Shown: piece by piece, positions 1-12,816 of the stretch
Numbering within the stretch: position 1 is the stretch's first letter
How the letters are laid out: each line of letters opens with the position of its first letter
From: Macrostomum lignano
Taxonomy: Eukaryota
Assembly: GCA_002269645.1 (NCBI GenBank)
Contig: NIVC01001374.1
Span: 238,686 to 302,685, forward strand
DNA: 64,000 nt
Direction of reading: 5' to 3'
Program-made: the position numbers and the translations under genes
The notes under the pieces: generated by a model
Told to the model about the DNA's origin: nothing
Seen by the model: the letters and a program-made list of their open reading frames with translations, nothing else
Database searches by the model: none

Positions 1-1601
1 CCTCAGGGCTACGTTGGAACCTAAGATAAAAATTTGCTCTGAGAAACACCCCTCTAGTTGACAAACATCGGCGGGCAAAGATAACTGTCGAAACGCATTG
101 GCTAGTTAGAGAATTGAGATTGTTAAAATGATTTTGATTTTAGATTTTTAGCGCCACCCGGAATTGATACACCATTGACTCGATCGAAAGCTTAGAGTTT
201 GTCTTAGTGGCATTACAAAAGTCCAACATTCTTATGGTTGCCGGTACCATTGGCGTTACATAGGATGCATACATGGCAAAGGAAATTAGTAAGGGAAACC
301 AAGTCCATCGGGAGTGCGCTGGGCTCGGCGCAGTGCTATAGAATTATTCATGCCTTTAATGCGACATCCATTATTTGCAGTAACCTTGCGGTATAATTAT
401 CCAACCTATCTTAGCTCCACACCCAAGATTTTTTTCACCACATGCCCGATCCTCTCGCTTTCATCTGTATATAATCCGATGAAGTCGTCAACCCTCTCGA
501 CCCCGAGCCCAATTTGCAATCTGAGTGACAGTGATCTGTGCACTAGTTGATGTCTAGAGCACACAGCATGCATATACAGGGGAAACAAGAGACCGCATTG
601 GGGTGGGCAGATAGCCTGGCTTGAAGACGATACGGGGCACAAAGGTAGAGACGGGTGAGACCGGGGCGGAAGCCCGAGGGCCTTCTAATTTTCGATCGCG
701 GTCTCAGGCAAAATAGGATCGGAAAAAAGCCTAATATGTAATATGTATTTATGCGCCCGAAGAAACACGTGATGGCTCCGTACACTATAGATATACTGGG
801 AGCGTAAGTGCTGAGTAAATTCTCAAGGATGAGCAGTCAGATTTTTTGCAACGACTCCGCCTTTGAACTCATATTTCTTTGCTGTTTGGGAATGCTTTTT
901 TATTTATAGATCTATACGAGTTCCTTTTGACTCTAAACTGCGAAGATAGAAATATGTACTCAGGAAGTCCTCGAGTTAATCCTATCAACTCATGTATCAC
1001 AATCCTTGTTTGTTTTAGTGTTACAAACTTTATTAGTCCTTGTCCCTTGTTACTAACTCTTTGAGTCGCAAGGGCGTGTTTTATACCTGTTAAATTCGTG
1101 GCTACGAATATAAGGCGAGCAACCACTTTCCATGATCGAAAGAATTGAGCGTTTTTTCTCTTGATATACTACTGAAAATTAGAGTGTTCCATAAGTAGTA
1201 TACTAATAGTATAATATGTTTATTTTTTTCTTTCATATAGTCAACAATTTCAAAATAACTCAATAAAGTGTAATAAGTAATAAGCTATCAGTTTCTAGTT
1301 TGACTTTAGTTTCATGCTATTTATTAGCCACTACATGTAGATGGATAGTTGACGCTAATAGTGCATAGACATGATAAAAGTACACGAATAGTATTAGGAC
1401 ATTTTTGGATGAAGTTAGCTATCTGGTAGGCGGTAGAACTGAAAAGTCTGCACAAGAACAAGTTATGCCGATGCAATACCAGCTGATACACAGTGCATAC
1501 TCTCGTAGCGGCACCTCGATGCGCACTAAGCCGCATCTAGATCCTAGCTGACTGGTGGCCCTCGCCGCGGGCGGAGGCATCTCAAATTGGGCCGTCAATT
1601 T

Positions 1602-1633
1602 AACCAATTAGCCAATTAGCAAAACCAATTAGC
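1602..1633 (+). promoter_or_regulatory. Three tandem CCAATTAG motifs (CCAAT-box or TAATTG homeodomain-like sites) upstream of HCN
   Basis: aaCCAATTAGCCAATTAGCaaaaCCAATTAGC about 450 nt upstream of the first recognizable HCN exon; function inferred. Confidence 0.3.
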
Positions 1634-2057
1634 CGAGGTTTAACAGAAATCGCGCTGCTGACTCTGACTGAGCGATGACTGCCTGTCATATTTATCCTCA
1701 ACTCAGCACCATAGTCGCAGAACTAAGTCTCAATTCGGCCTGATCGAATATTGAGCACCATGCAGGCGCGAAAACTTAAACTATACACTTTTATCCTCTA
1801 GCTTGCTAGTCGGGAAACATTCATGAACCCGTCTGGAAACTGGGACTCAACTGATACCGGAGATTCGGTCACGAAACCCGTTTCCGTTGCTTGTAGTTTG
1901 AATATCCTGCACAATAACATACATCTTGATTTATTTATCATCAATGCAGTCTCACGATAGTCGTATGCACGCTCGCGAAGTGACATTTCATCTCAGTTGA
2001 ATCTTATTAGGGTCGAAATTCTTATTCAGTTTCCTATGTTTTTCATTTCATTGCCAG

Positions 2058-5000
2058 TCAACTTTGAGATTGGTCTGCAAGCAAGACTTTTATAGCCAAT
2101 CAGACTCCAGTCCAAACCCACCCCATCAAAACCATGCAGACTCCGACAGCGCCACTGCTCTGATAGACCGCAGCGAGTCTCTGCCTGTTGATGATTTCGG
2201 GCTAAGTGACCGGCTGCGCCTGTTGAGCAAGCAGTCAGCTGCAACCTCCGGTCAGCACTCCCAGACCCCGCCTGAGCCACAGCCGAGAACGCGCCGTCCG
2301 GATTTGAAAGCTATGCGGGCCTTTAAATCGCTCGACACCTCATCATCCGTGGCAGCACCTGCCAACTCGGCAGCCGCAGCCTCCTCTTCTGTGTGCACCT
2401 CCGCGTCTCCTCCAAACCGCAAGTCGTCAAAATCGATGGAGTCGTGCACGGAATTTTCCGGCTACTCTTCCCAGGGCCAGAAGCAGCAGGACAGTCCAAG
2501 CAGGAATTCTTCCAAAGTGCGCCGCTGGCCCAGCCTGAGGTCCCGCATCGGCTCCCGCCTTGGCTCCCTTCGAAGGCAGCAGACTCTCCAGCAGAATCCT
2601 TCGCTGCAGTCTCTGCAGCAGCCATCGAACGGATTGCAACAGCAGCAACAGCAGCAATGCATTCAGCCCGATTGCATTGAGAAATGCGACTCTAACAGCC
2701 AACTAGACGATGCTGCAGTGCTGGAGACGGGCTGTGAATTGCCCGAAGATCAGAAGCAGAGCACGTCCAGCTACCTGAAAGAGCAGTTCTTTGCCTTCTT
2801 CCAGCCGTCGGACAACAAGCTGGCAATGAAGCTGTTTGGCAATAAAAACGCTCTGTTAAAAGAGAAGCAGAGACAGCAGCAGTCTGGCAAATGGATCATT
2901 CATCCGTGCAGCAACTTTCGGTAAGGCGTGAAGTCAGTATTTATTTAACATTGGCTGTTAGTCAATTGTCCAAGCAATTTGTAGTTTTACTCTAATTATA
3001 CACGTATAGCAACTATGCTTGGCTCGGCTTCCAGTAACTAAAGCATGAACACTGTAGTCACGACTCTTCAATGCTCTTCCACTCTCTCAACCCATGGGCC
3101 TAATTAACCTGACTGTCCATCATTCGTCATCACGCTTCTCTCCTGTCTAGAGTTGGCGGGCTACTAGACAGTTGGGTAATTTCCATTTCAAAACACAGCA
3201 CCAAGGCTCTTTATCATCGCTACCGATGTAGATGCTATTGTTGTGCTATTTGTCAACTTGCCTACCATCTAGCTATGGAAAGTTCCTCCACTCATTCAGG
3301 CACTTCACTCTCGCTACATTCCTCCAGCTGCCGGGTGGACCGGGTGGAATTCTTTGTTTCACTTCTTTCCATTGCGGAAAGCTACGCAAAACATGCATCA
3401 AAGGCGAACATACGCGGCTCCCGCAGAGCCGCTTGAAAATTATTTTAATGAGCCTGACAGACAAGGCGCATGAGACATTGTTCTTTATTTAATAGTACAA
3501 TTTCATTTGCAGTTAGCTCTCGCATTCTGAAAATTAAGCAAAGAAGAGTTTTAGACAGACTTCAATGGAAATGCATCACCGCTTCCTCCTTTGTGACTCT
3601 CAGTTTCTACTGGGACCTCCTGATGCTGATCCTCCTGATAACCAACTTGGTTGTGCTACCGGTGGCGATATCGTTCTTCAACGACGACCTCAGCGCGCAT
3701 TGGATCATATTTAACTGCTTGTCCGACACCATCTTTTTAAGCGATATTGCCGTCAACTTTCGAACCGGTTTGTTTCCAGACTTTTCCTTCACCTGTGAAA
3801 GACACGATGCTCTCTATACTTCCTATTTAAGCATCTAAATTTTATCAAATATTGCAGGCGTAATAACAAACGACTTCGCGGACGAAATCATACTGGATCC
3901 AAAGCTGATAGCTCAACACTACGTCAAGTCGTGGTTCTTTCTCGATCTAGTGTCCTCTATTCCAATGGATTATATATTTTTGGCTCTGAATCAGCGAGGC
4001 AATGTTAGCCAACTGGTACATGCGGGTGAGTTTAACAGCTGCCACTACCTATGCCGATATCTCACCATGAGAGTGGTCAAGGACAAGTGCACCAATGGTG
4101 CCCCATTTTTTTCACTCTGATGTAGAAGTGAAATAAACCTAAACCAACTTAACCGCACAGCTCCAAAGCCCATCAAATCCTTGCTCATCCAGGTCGAGCG
4201 CTGAGGATCCTACGTCTAGCCAAGTTGCTCAGCCTGCTAAGACTGCTACGGCTCTCGCGATTGGTTCGCTATGTCAGCCAATGGGAAGAGGTGAGTGGAT
4301 TTTATTATCAAAGCTGCAAATTCTTTTATATGACACTATTGCGATATTGCGTCTCAATATCATGCAGATACTAGGATATTTTTAAACGCCCATAATTCAT
4401 CAATTGTAATTACTGTAACAACACCTTGTTTACTGCAGTACATTGGTACATTTCTAACACATGTCACTTGCATAAAACATTTTACTACATTTTCCGAGTC
4501 GCCAGTATTTAGAGCACTAAAATGTAACGTAAGAAATCAATATAAATTTCAGCTATTGCAAGTTGCAACAAAGTGCCTTGGAATAGTAAAGCTGATTCTA
4601 ATAATGCTGCTCCTTGGCCACTGGAACGCTTGCCTCCAATTCCTTGTGCCGTTTCTCAACGACTTCCCAGACGACTCTTGGGTAACCAAGGAAGGATTAA
4701 AGGTGAAGCCGCAGTTCACTGCAATCGGTAGACCCGGGCAATTCACGAATACCGGATGATGTTCGCACGCTCGCTTAGCGCATACTAGATGCCGATACTA
4801 GAACCTGCCTAGTTTTGCAATAACTCCAAGCCTAATTGGCTGTTTGTGTTAGCCTGACTTCGATAATGAGACTTCGATAGTGTTTTTCTGAGGTTGGAAT
4901 TAAAATGCTACTAGCTACGAAGATTATATAAAAAAATAAGTCTTGATTATGAAATGCAAAGGTAAGCAGCAGAGAGAAGCCAAAGTATTTCTTTTGTCAG

Positions 5001-8000
5001 CCAAGTTAATAGTTAGGCCAACCAAGTTAAGACTTCCCATTTGGCAGCAGTAGATTTGGCCTTGCCCAGAGACTGAGACATAGACGGGAAAGGCAGCATA
5101 ATTTCTATAAGACGTTGCTACTGGCATCCTTATTTTGCTGATGTCTATGGCCAAATTATCAACTTGGTTGCCTTTTTCCCGACAAGCAAGAATTAAGCTA
5201 GTGTCGTTGGTAGAGTAGAGACAACCGACTTCTAATTTGACTAACTGAAATTCGTCAGCTAAGATTAAGACGTCCTTAGCTCAGACGCTCAGACCTTTAC
5301 TGCATTCTGCTCGGGTAGGAAACGCATGTGTCTTGGGTAAAAAAGCTTACCAATTTCACTTCAAATTCGAAGAAATAAGTGAGCTTCTGTGTCTCTACAG
5401 CCAGCCTGTATTCCTGTCTCCCTCTCACCCTATATCTTTCTGCCACTCTCGTGTCATGCTTTGCTTTGCATCATAATGCAACAAAATCAATCATTTCGTA
5501 ACTTAGGTACTTAGGTAGGTGGCGGTTATTCAATTGTAAGTTGATGTTCATTCGCTGTTAGCTGCTCCATGGCAACATATAGCTACATACTGACGAATTT
5601 GACTCTGTAGAATTTGAAATCGAAACGGTATAATCAACAACAACACTGAATAAAAAACGACAGCTCTAAATTTAATTGACGCAATGACTGACTAGCACCA
5701 ATTAATTTGACTGCGTTAACCGGATGTCGGCAAAAACTCAATGATTTAACTAAATTTAACTAGGCGATAAGTTCAGGAAAACAAATAACATTATCGATAA
5801 ATCCTCAGCTAAAAGTACTCACACCACAAGAAAATATAAAAAAAATCTATAAATTCTCAAATGTACACAATGCTTATTATTTCAAAAAGGTTTTTTGAAA
5901 AATTATCGACCGATTTCAAAGTGAACTTTATTTAAAATCCTGTTCAAAGCTGTGATGACTGATTCACTGTAAAAAGGCTAGAACTATGCATAACATTTTT
6001 CCACTCTTTCACCATCTTATGTTGCAGCTGCTGAACATAGCAAATAAGTTCATAGGCATATTTAACCTAGTACTGCTGATGCTGCTGCTGGCCCACTGGA
6101 ATGCCTGCTTGCAGTTCTTAATCCCGCTACTGCAAGACTTCCCTGATCAGTCTTGGGTGGCCGTTTGCAATTTGAAGGTGACTTAAGAGTGGTCATTTGT
6201 ATCTGTACGAGTCAGTGTACCTGCCATCACTGCTCATGTGTTCAGAATCCAATTATGATTTTGCCAAGACTCTGAGTCAAAAAGTGTGCTAAATCTATTT
6301 GAATATCCTTTTAATTTGATTCCAAGCATGTCATGTCATCTTATGTCGAAAACCGAGTACAGTTCGAGTAGTTGATACTAAAAAAATTAGCAAAAGTTTT
6401 CACTGACCCGTATGATATAAGATAGGTAAATTACCCCAAATGAAAGCATTAAAACTTCTTCAAAAAAGAAACAAGATTAGGATTTGTAGCTCCCAGATAA
6501 ATAATGTTTTGAACACAGAAACCTAAGTTGGGCCTAAGACTAATAACGAATTACTTAAACAAATCTTGGTTACGTTGTTTGCATTTTTAAACTGACTGGA
6601 TTTACTAAACATAAAGTAATGCAATTACTCAATCTTTTCACTGTCGGAAAAAGTTATTAACTTTATGTTTTGTGCAATAAGGCACCTGCATCATTAATAT
6701 GCTGGCACTATGACATAAATAAGCGCAAGCCACAGTAAGCACTCGCGCTAATGTAACCCCCGTTTCAGCTGTTGAATGTAGCCTCCGTGTTCATTCGTGT
6801 TGTCAATCTGGTCTGTCTGATGCTGCTGCTAGCGCACTGGAACGGCTGCTTGCAGTTTCTTGTACCGTCGATACAAGACTTTCCCAAAGACTCCTGGGTT
6901 AGGAAGCTGAACATTCAGGTACCCATCACTGCATTAAAAATATATATCTATAATTTTGTTCAGCTGTTCTCTTCAGTAGACCAACAAGTTTTTACAATTA
7001 TTGATTTATATATAGATATTTAGGCGATAGCAGTCCACAGCAAACTGTAGACTCTGTAGAGTGCTATAGCGTCAGTCTAATTAGTTTTCAAATTAAATTA
7101 TAGCATCGGACTCATTTGATCAACAAACCAGGCTCCCTTAGGTGGTACAGTTTAAAGTACATTTACACACTGCATCCCTCCACGTAGATACAGAGAATAG
7201 AATATAGTGTCATGAATTTTTAGATGTCTTCCACTCCTGCCATTTGCCTGCCAATTTTTGTTGTAAGCGATAAATTATTCCTATTTATGCATAATCTTTA
7301 TTCCTAACTTCTGTCGAATGTTTAAATCTTTGTTTGCTGCGCTGCATATAGATGTTATTATATATTGCCTCTATAGTTTTATGATTCAAATATAGAGTTG
7401 ATTGAGATTTACCGCCATCGAAAATGCATTATACTGACATTACGAGTACCGAACTGATACGGCGTTGTCTCCATCTTTACTTGTAGGACGCACACTGGTT
7501 CCGACAGTACACCTGGGCTCTGTTCAAGGCCATGAGCCACATGCTGAGCATTGGCTACGGCCAGCACCCGCCAACCAGCATTAGCGAGGCCTGGATCACC
7601 ATCGTCAGCATGATGACCGGCTCGTCGTGCTACGCTCTCTTCGTCGGCCACGCCGCGGCACTGATACAGAGCTTCGACACGTCCAAGCGAATGTATCGGG
7701 AGAAAGTGAGCTCGGGGGATAACGTCTTAATAATGTTGTAGCAATATCTTAGTTTGCTCTGTTAATTACTTCCCGGGGAAGTGTGTCCTCCCGGAGAATG
7801 TCTTCATCGTCACAGATTGATACTGCAAGGCATTGAAAATATTGCTGATATTTTATCATCAAAGTGCTCCGAATTTTAATGAAACAGAAACGGAAATAAA
7901 AAATCTGATTAGGATGGTGAAGACTCTTTAGCTACCTCTATAATTGTTCTTCAGGCCTTTTTTAGTTATCAGGCTTCTCCTTTAATAACTATACAGTATA

Positions 8001-10490
8001 CGGAACCCTATTTGGTGATAGACTACTCCAGCGTCATCTAATTACATTTAGCAACTAATCAAAGCAATAACCGGCGCTATCCTATCGCAATTCACAGTTC
8101 AAACAAGTGGAGGAATACATGGCCTACCGGAAGCTTCCTAGAGCTCTTCGTCAGAGGATAGCGAACTACTATGAGCACCGCTATCAGGGGAAGATGTTCA
8201 ACGAGAATGACATTCTCAGCGAGCTCTCCGAATGTCTCAGAGAGGTATGAGCTCCCAACCAACTGCTCATTGGTTGGTTCGTTACGAGCGTACAACCACT
8301 ATAAAAATAAATGTAGTAAAGATGTCAGCAAACGAATAATAATTATCAAGAGATGTTAAAACGAAAATAAAGTTACTCTACAAAAATAGGCCTGTAACTT
8401 TTTTTCGACCAATTGAGACTGTTAATGAAGTGACTTCTATCTGGTCCTTGCATGCGAATTGCGTCCGTGTCTCTAACCCGCAGCAAATCATCAACTACAA
8501 CTGTCGGGCTCTGGTTGCCGCAGTTCCATTCTTCACCTACGCCGATCAGGATTTCGTATCCGAGGTGGTCACCAGACTGAAGTACGAAGTATTCCAACCC
8601 GGAGATCTCATCATTAAGGAGGGCACGATTGGAACTAAAATGTACTTTATTCAAGAGGGCATTGTGGATATAATTACTAAAGATGGCGAAGTGGCAACCA
8701 GTCTGTCGGACGGCTCATACTTTGGAGGTGAGTTCCACCCACTCATTAGAGAAAAGTTACTCTGATGAGTTACTCTGTGCTTGTACCTTTTTATTTCTAT
8801 TGAGGATAAAACAATCAAGCAAGGATTACATGAAATAATGATGAGACGGGAGTGCTTGCTTTTCAGCGGAAGTTAAAATTTGCAATTAACTCATGGATAT
8901 ATTGGACGCATGTTCACTGACTTGAATTAATTAACATGATAAGTCACTCATGACAGGACATAGCACCAGCCAAGAGATATTTCAGACAGCCTTTTTTTTC
9001 ATTTTCGACGTCCCGATGAAGGATATCCTCAACGCAACCTATAAAGCATGGATTCTTAGCATGATCGGTCTTAATTAAAAGGATCGATAGACGCCCTGCC
9101 ATTTACAGGCTTCCACAGGCTTTGAAGTCACAGTTAAATTTCAATATTTGCAATACGCAGCTTCATTTGTCTCGCTTCTTTCACAGAAATCTGCCTGCTG
9201 ACAAATGCCAGACGCGTCGCAAGCGTTCGCGCTGAGACCTACTGCAATCTGTACTCCTTGGAGAGGGAAAACTTCCTCTCCGTGCTCGACAATTACCCGC
9301 TCATGAGGCGCACGATGGAGTCAGTGGCCGCCGAACGGCTCAGCAAAATTGGACAAAATCCACAACTGGTGAGCAACCGCGCCGACCTCAAGGAGGACCT
9401 CAATCTAGTCAAGGAGATCGTCGACCAAGCTGCCGCCGCGGCCGCCGAGGAGGCCGATTCTACCGACAATTCCGACGATTGCGACGGAGGTCATTCAGCC
9501 TCGTCATCCTATCAGCGATCCCGGACGCCGACCCCGACGCCAGCCTACCAGCAAAAGCCGTCATGGGAGGCGACTACATCGTCAGGAGCGGCGTTGACAA
9601 TGCCCGGCGGAGAGCGGCGGAAGTCTGTAGTGCGGCTCGGTCTGGAGAAACTGGGAATTGCCAGGTAATAAATCCCTTTGTATAATATATAAATAGCTTT
9701 GGATAGCCTTTAGTAGCTTTCTGCGTTCTTGTGGCTTGGTAGTTCATGCTGATACAACAAGTATTTGAGTATTTGAGTTCGATTCCGTGAGCAATAGCGA
9801 AATGAAGCTGGGGCGGTTCGACTGTCGCTTTGTTTTGTGCAAGGGCCCAGTGTGACGTACGAGTCGATTTTATTTATTACGCTGTGAATTAGCTTTCAAA
9901 ATATTTGCTTCAGTAACCAGTAATAACAAACAAGACGACTCGCAAAAACTACAAGCATAATTTAAATTGGTTGGAGAAAACCAGCTTATTAAACCTAAAC
10001 TAACTACAAAAAACGATAATAATCCAAGAGACATAAATTAATGAAATCCAAAGTAAATTGTTGTCAAAATAACTTACATAAAAGCAATAAGTATATATTA
10101 AAAATTGTTTAACTTACAAACTAATTTAAATACCTTAATTAGCATGAACCTAAAATAATTGTTATAACGACCAAACTGACGACGTAATTATATCAGAGAC
10201 CACCTCAGTAAACAAACTACAAGCTTATAAGCAGCAACGATTTTAGTACATTTGCGGGTCTGCAATCGTAGATAACGAACTTCCAGTGTAACTCAATACC
10301 GATGTCCATGTTAACCAGGAACCGGTTTAGTGGCCGCAGACGCCACCACCAGCAACAGCAGCAGGGGCAGCAACAGGAGGACCAAGAGGGAGACGAGTCG
10401 CAGGCCCAGCAGGTCGAGCTGGAGCCGCTGTCTTCGCCACCACCCTATGCGACGACAACGACCTGCCGTGTCGAAATTAACCACGAATGA
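2058..10490 (+). CDS. HCN: Hyperpolarization-activated cyclic nucleotide-gated channel (HCN/Ih), multi-exon; 5' start uncertain
   Basis: Exons 2058-2920, 3604-3767, 3858-4025, 4193-4290, one of [4553-4702 | 6028-6177 | 6769-6918], 7487-7705, 8098-8244, 8484-8727, 9187-9664, 10319-10490. All internal junctions are GT-AG and phases are consistent (2703 nt total). Motifs: HCN domain [28 protein letters not shown]4 [32 protein letters not shown], pore SIGYG, C-linker [43 protein letters not shown]. First in-frame ATG is at 2313, but the frame is open to a good acceptor at 2057, so an upstream exon is likely. Confidence 0.96.
4553..4702 (+). CDS. HCN: HCN alternative exon 5a (S4-S5 linker/S5/turret)
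   Basis: tttcag|CTA...AAG|gtgaag, 150 nt, phase 0/0: [50 protein letters not shown]. Confidence 0.9.
6028..6177 (+). CDS. HCN: HCN alternative exon 5b (S4-S5 linker/S5/turret)
   Basis: ttgcag|CTG...AAG|gtgact, 150 nt, phase 0/0: [50 protein letters not shown]. Confidence 0.9.
6769..6918 (+). CDS. HCN: HCN alternative exon 5c (S4-S5 linker/S5/turret), most canonical variant
   Basis: tttcag|CTG...CAG|gtaccc, 150 nt, phase 0/0: [50 protein letters not shown]. Confidence 0.9.
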
Positions 10491-12816
10491 CAGCTGTACT
10501 GGTATATTTTTTAAATTTCAAAGCTTAAAGAAAACTTCAGAAAATGTTGTTTTATTTTTTTCTGCCACAATCAACCAAAATTAGCGAAACAATAAGGTTT
10601 GAGGCTATAAGAAACGAGTAATATTAATTAATTACTTTCAGTGTAAGAATTCTGTTTAAAGGAAGATGAAAAGCCAAAAAAACAAAAAATCAAAATTAGG
10701 AATGAATACATATTATTTGTTTCTCCTATTTTTGCAATCTAAAAATACGCATTGGTAGTAAATTTTCCTCAAGTTTTATTTGCATTCTCTTGTTAAAAAA
10801 GTAATCCGACACGACGTCATGAGTTATTCATAATCCACGAAGAAACACGTACGTTTAAAAAAGTTTAAACCAAAACCAATCGCGCGAATTAAAAGTCTAC
10901 ACGCACTGCTTTTAGTAGCAACCAACAAAATAATTTTTGCTATTTTCAACAAGACATTTGTTTGTTTATTTCTTGTTCGAACAATGAGCGATAAATTTCT
11001 GTCTCCGACGAAACTCGTGGCCATTCATATCGAAATTTGTTACACCAACTTTGTAAACGCGATTAAAACTGTCTTTGAGATGCTATCTATCTATATTTAA
11101 TAAAGTCTAATTAACAAAAGTAATCTACTATTCTAGTCACCTATTTTGCATACAGAATTTGCTGCCACGGCACATCATAAGTCAGCCTACAACAGCACTA
11201 ATAAGTATTATATTTGAGCACTTTATGTGTAATAATTGAGGACATTCCACATCCCCAATGAAATAAAGCTTCCCAGTGCTCAATGCTTCGATTATTAAAC
11301 CCCGTTCATTCATGTACACACGGTGGACAGCTGAAGTAGGAATAGCATGCCACGAGCTAATAAATGCACTGGCGATATGTTTGAGTTGTTTTTACACCTG
11401 TAGAGATAATGGACTGTCAATTCTATTACCATACGAGTAATAGTAATACGGTTACTTGACTGATTGATGATTTTTAAAAGCACCCTAAACCATAAATCAA
11501 TAAAATTGTCTCAAACATTTTCTCAATAATTTGCAGAATAAATATTCCTACGCCTGGCATAGTTCTACTAAAAGCAATTAGTAGTAATCATTTGCACAAC
11601 ACTCTGCAAATATTAAACCGATTATATTTCATAAATAGCATGTGTGTATGTAATTAATTACATCAGCCATCCGCTTCTTCGATGACAACCAATAGCAAAT
11701 ACCAGAAACCCAGCAGCATTTTTGCAATCAATAACCACTGCATGCGAAAGATTTTTTCATCAATAATTTGTTATGCCGCAGTCGAAAGAAAATACGAACT
11801 GTTCGCAAACTGCAAGCATTAAATAACTACAGTTCAGGAACGATAGCCATTACTGACACCTTGACACGGTCTTTTCTGCCGAATATAAAGCGAATATAAT
11901 TTGGATTAGGACTAACGGTACTTTTTCAGCCAAAAACTCATCGTCAATATTGAAACTTTACAATTTTAACACTTCAATTCATAGTAGCTTTTCTAATTCT
12001 GAACCTTTTAATTGCATAAAATTAGGCGATTTGTTTGATTAGAATTTGACCAGCGCAAGACCGCCACCAAACTGCTAACAACAAAACACCGATCTGGTCG
12101 TGAATCAAACGGGCTGTCGCAGGACCTGACTCATAAATAAATATATTCCGGACAAGGCATCAGACGCTTGTATTCAAGTTTAACGGGCCCTACTCAGACA
12201 CTCGGTACACTAAACAGCGAATGCATAAAAAAGCGGCATAAAAAACTTTATGAGCCAAGGAGCGAGTCATTCGAACGGAGCAGGAGCAAAGAAGAGAAAT
12301 ATCGATTAATATTCGATGGAAATGCCGTACAATGTGAAATGGTAGCCTTTAGGCTTCGAATTTAAAAGCGAAGTTGCAATTTTCATACTCATGGACTTGC
12401 ACCACGGGTACTTTGCTAACAAGACACTTCGAGGCGCTCTCGAAAACCAAGGCGACGACCTGGACAGCAGGCAGGCAGGCCAATTTTACGATGGTAAGAG
12501 TCGGGAGAACAACAGCTGAGCTGCTTTGCTTGGATAGAATGAGCAGAAAATAATACAAGAATTAACTTTATTGACCCCATGGCAGAGACTGCAGAAAAAT
12601 AACTGTTTTTTTGTTATCGTGAGAGGGCCTATACATGTATATATAATGTATGTATATATAAATTTATATATTAAAACGCGAAGAGCAGAAGCCAACAAAA
12701 ATCAAACGAACAAAGTGTCGTGTTTTTATAACAATAAGTTCGGACTTAGTAAGTCTATAATAGAGTATAGCGTTTTCCTCCCAGCTTGAGACTGGCTGGA
12801 GCAGCTGAGTTCAGAA

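Noticed and set aside
4161-4192. Alternative acceptor extending the HCN S4 exon
   Set aside because: Adds 32 nt, causing a frameshift
5401-5515. Possible fourth S5-like exon in the 5a-5b intron
   Set aside because: Hydrophobic and preceded by an acceptor-like site, but lacks HW, CLQF, DFP and SWV and has no phase-0 donor at a matching length
4330-7213. 10-bp complementarity (atgacactat / atagtgtcat) as a docking-selector pair
   Set aside because: Expected by chance in AT-rich introns of this length, and it would not discriminate among the three exons
8761-8790. Hammerhead ribozyme cores at CTGATGA sites (also ~22238, ~42405, ~43570)
   Set aside because: No correctly placed stem II plus GAAA and closing stems could be found
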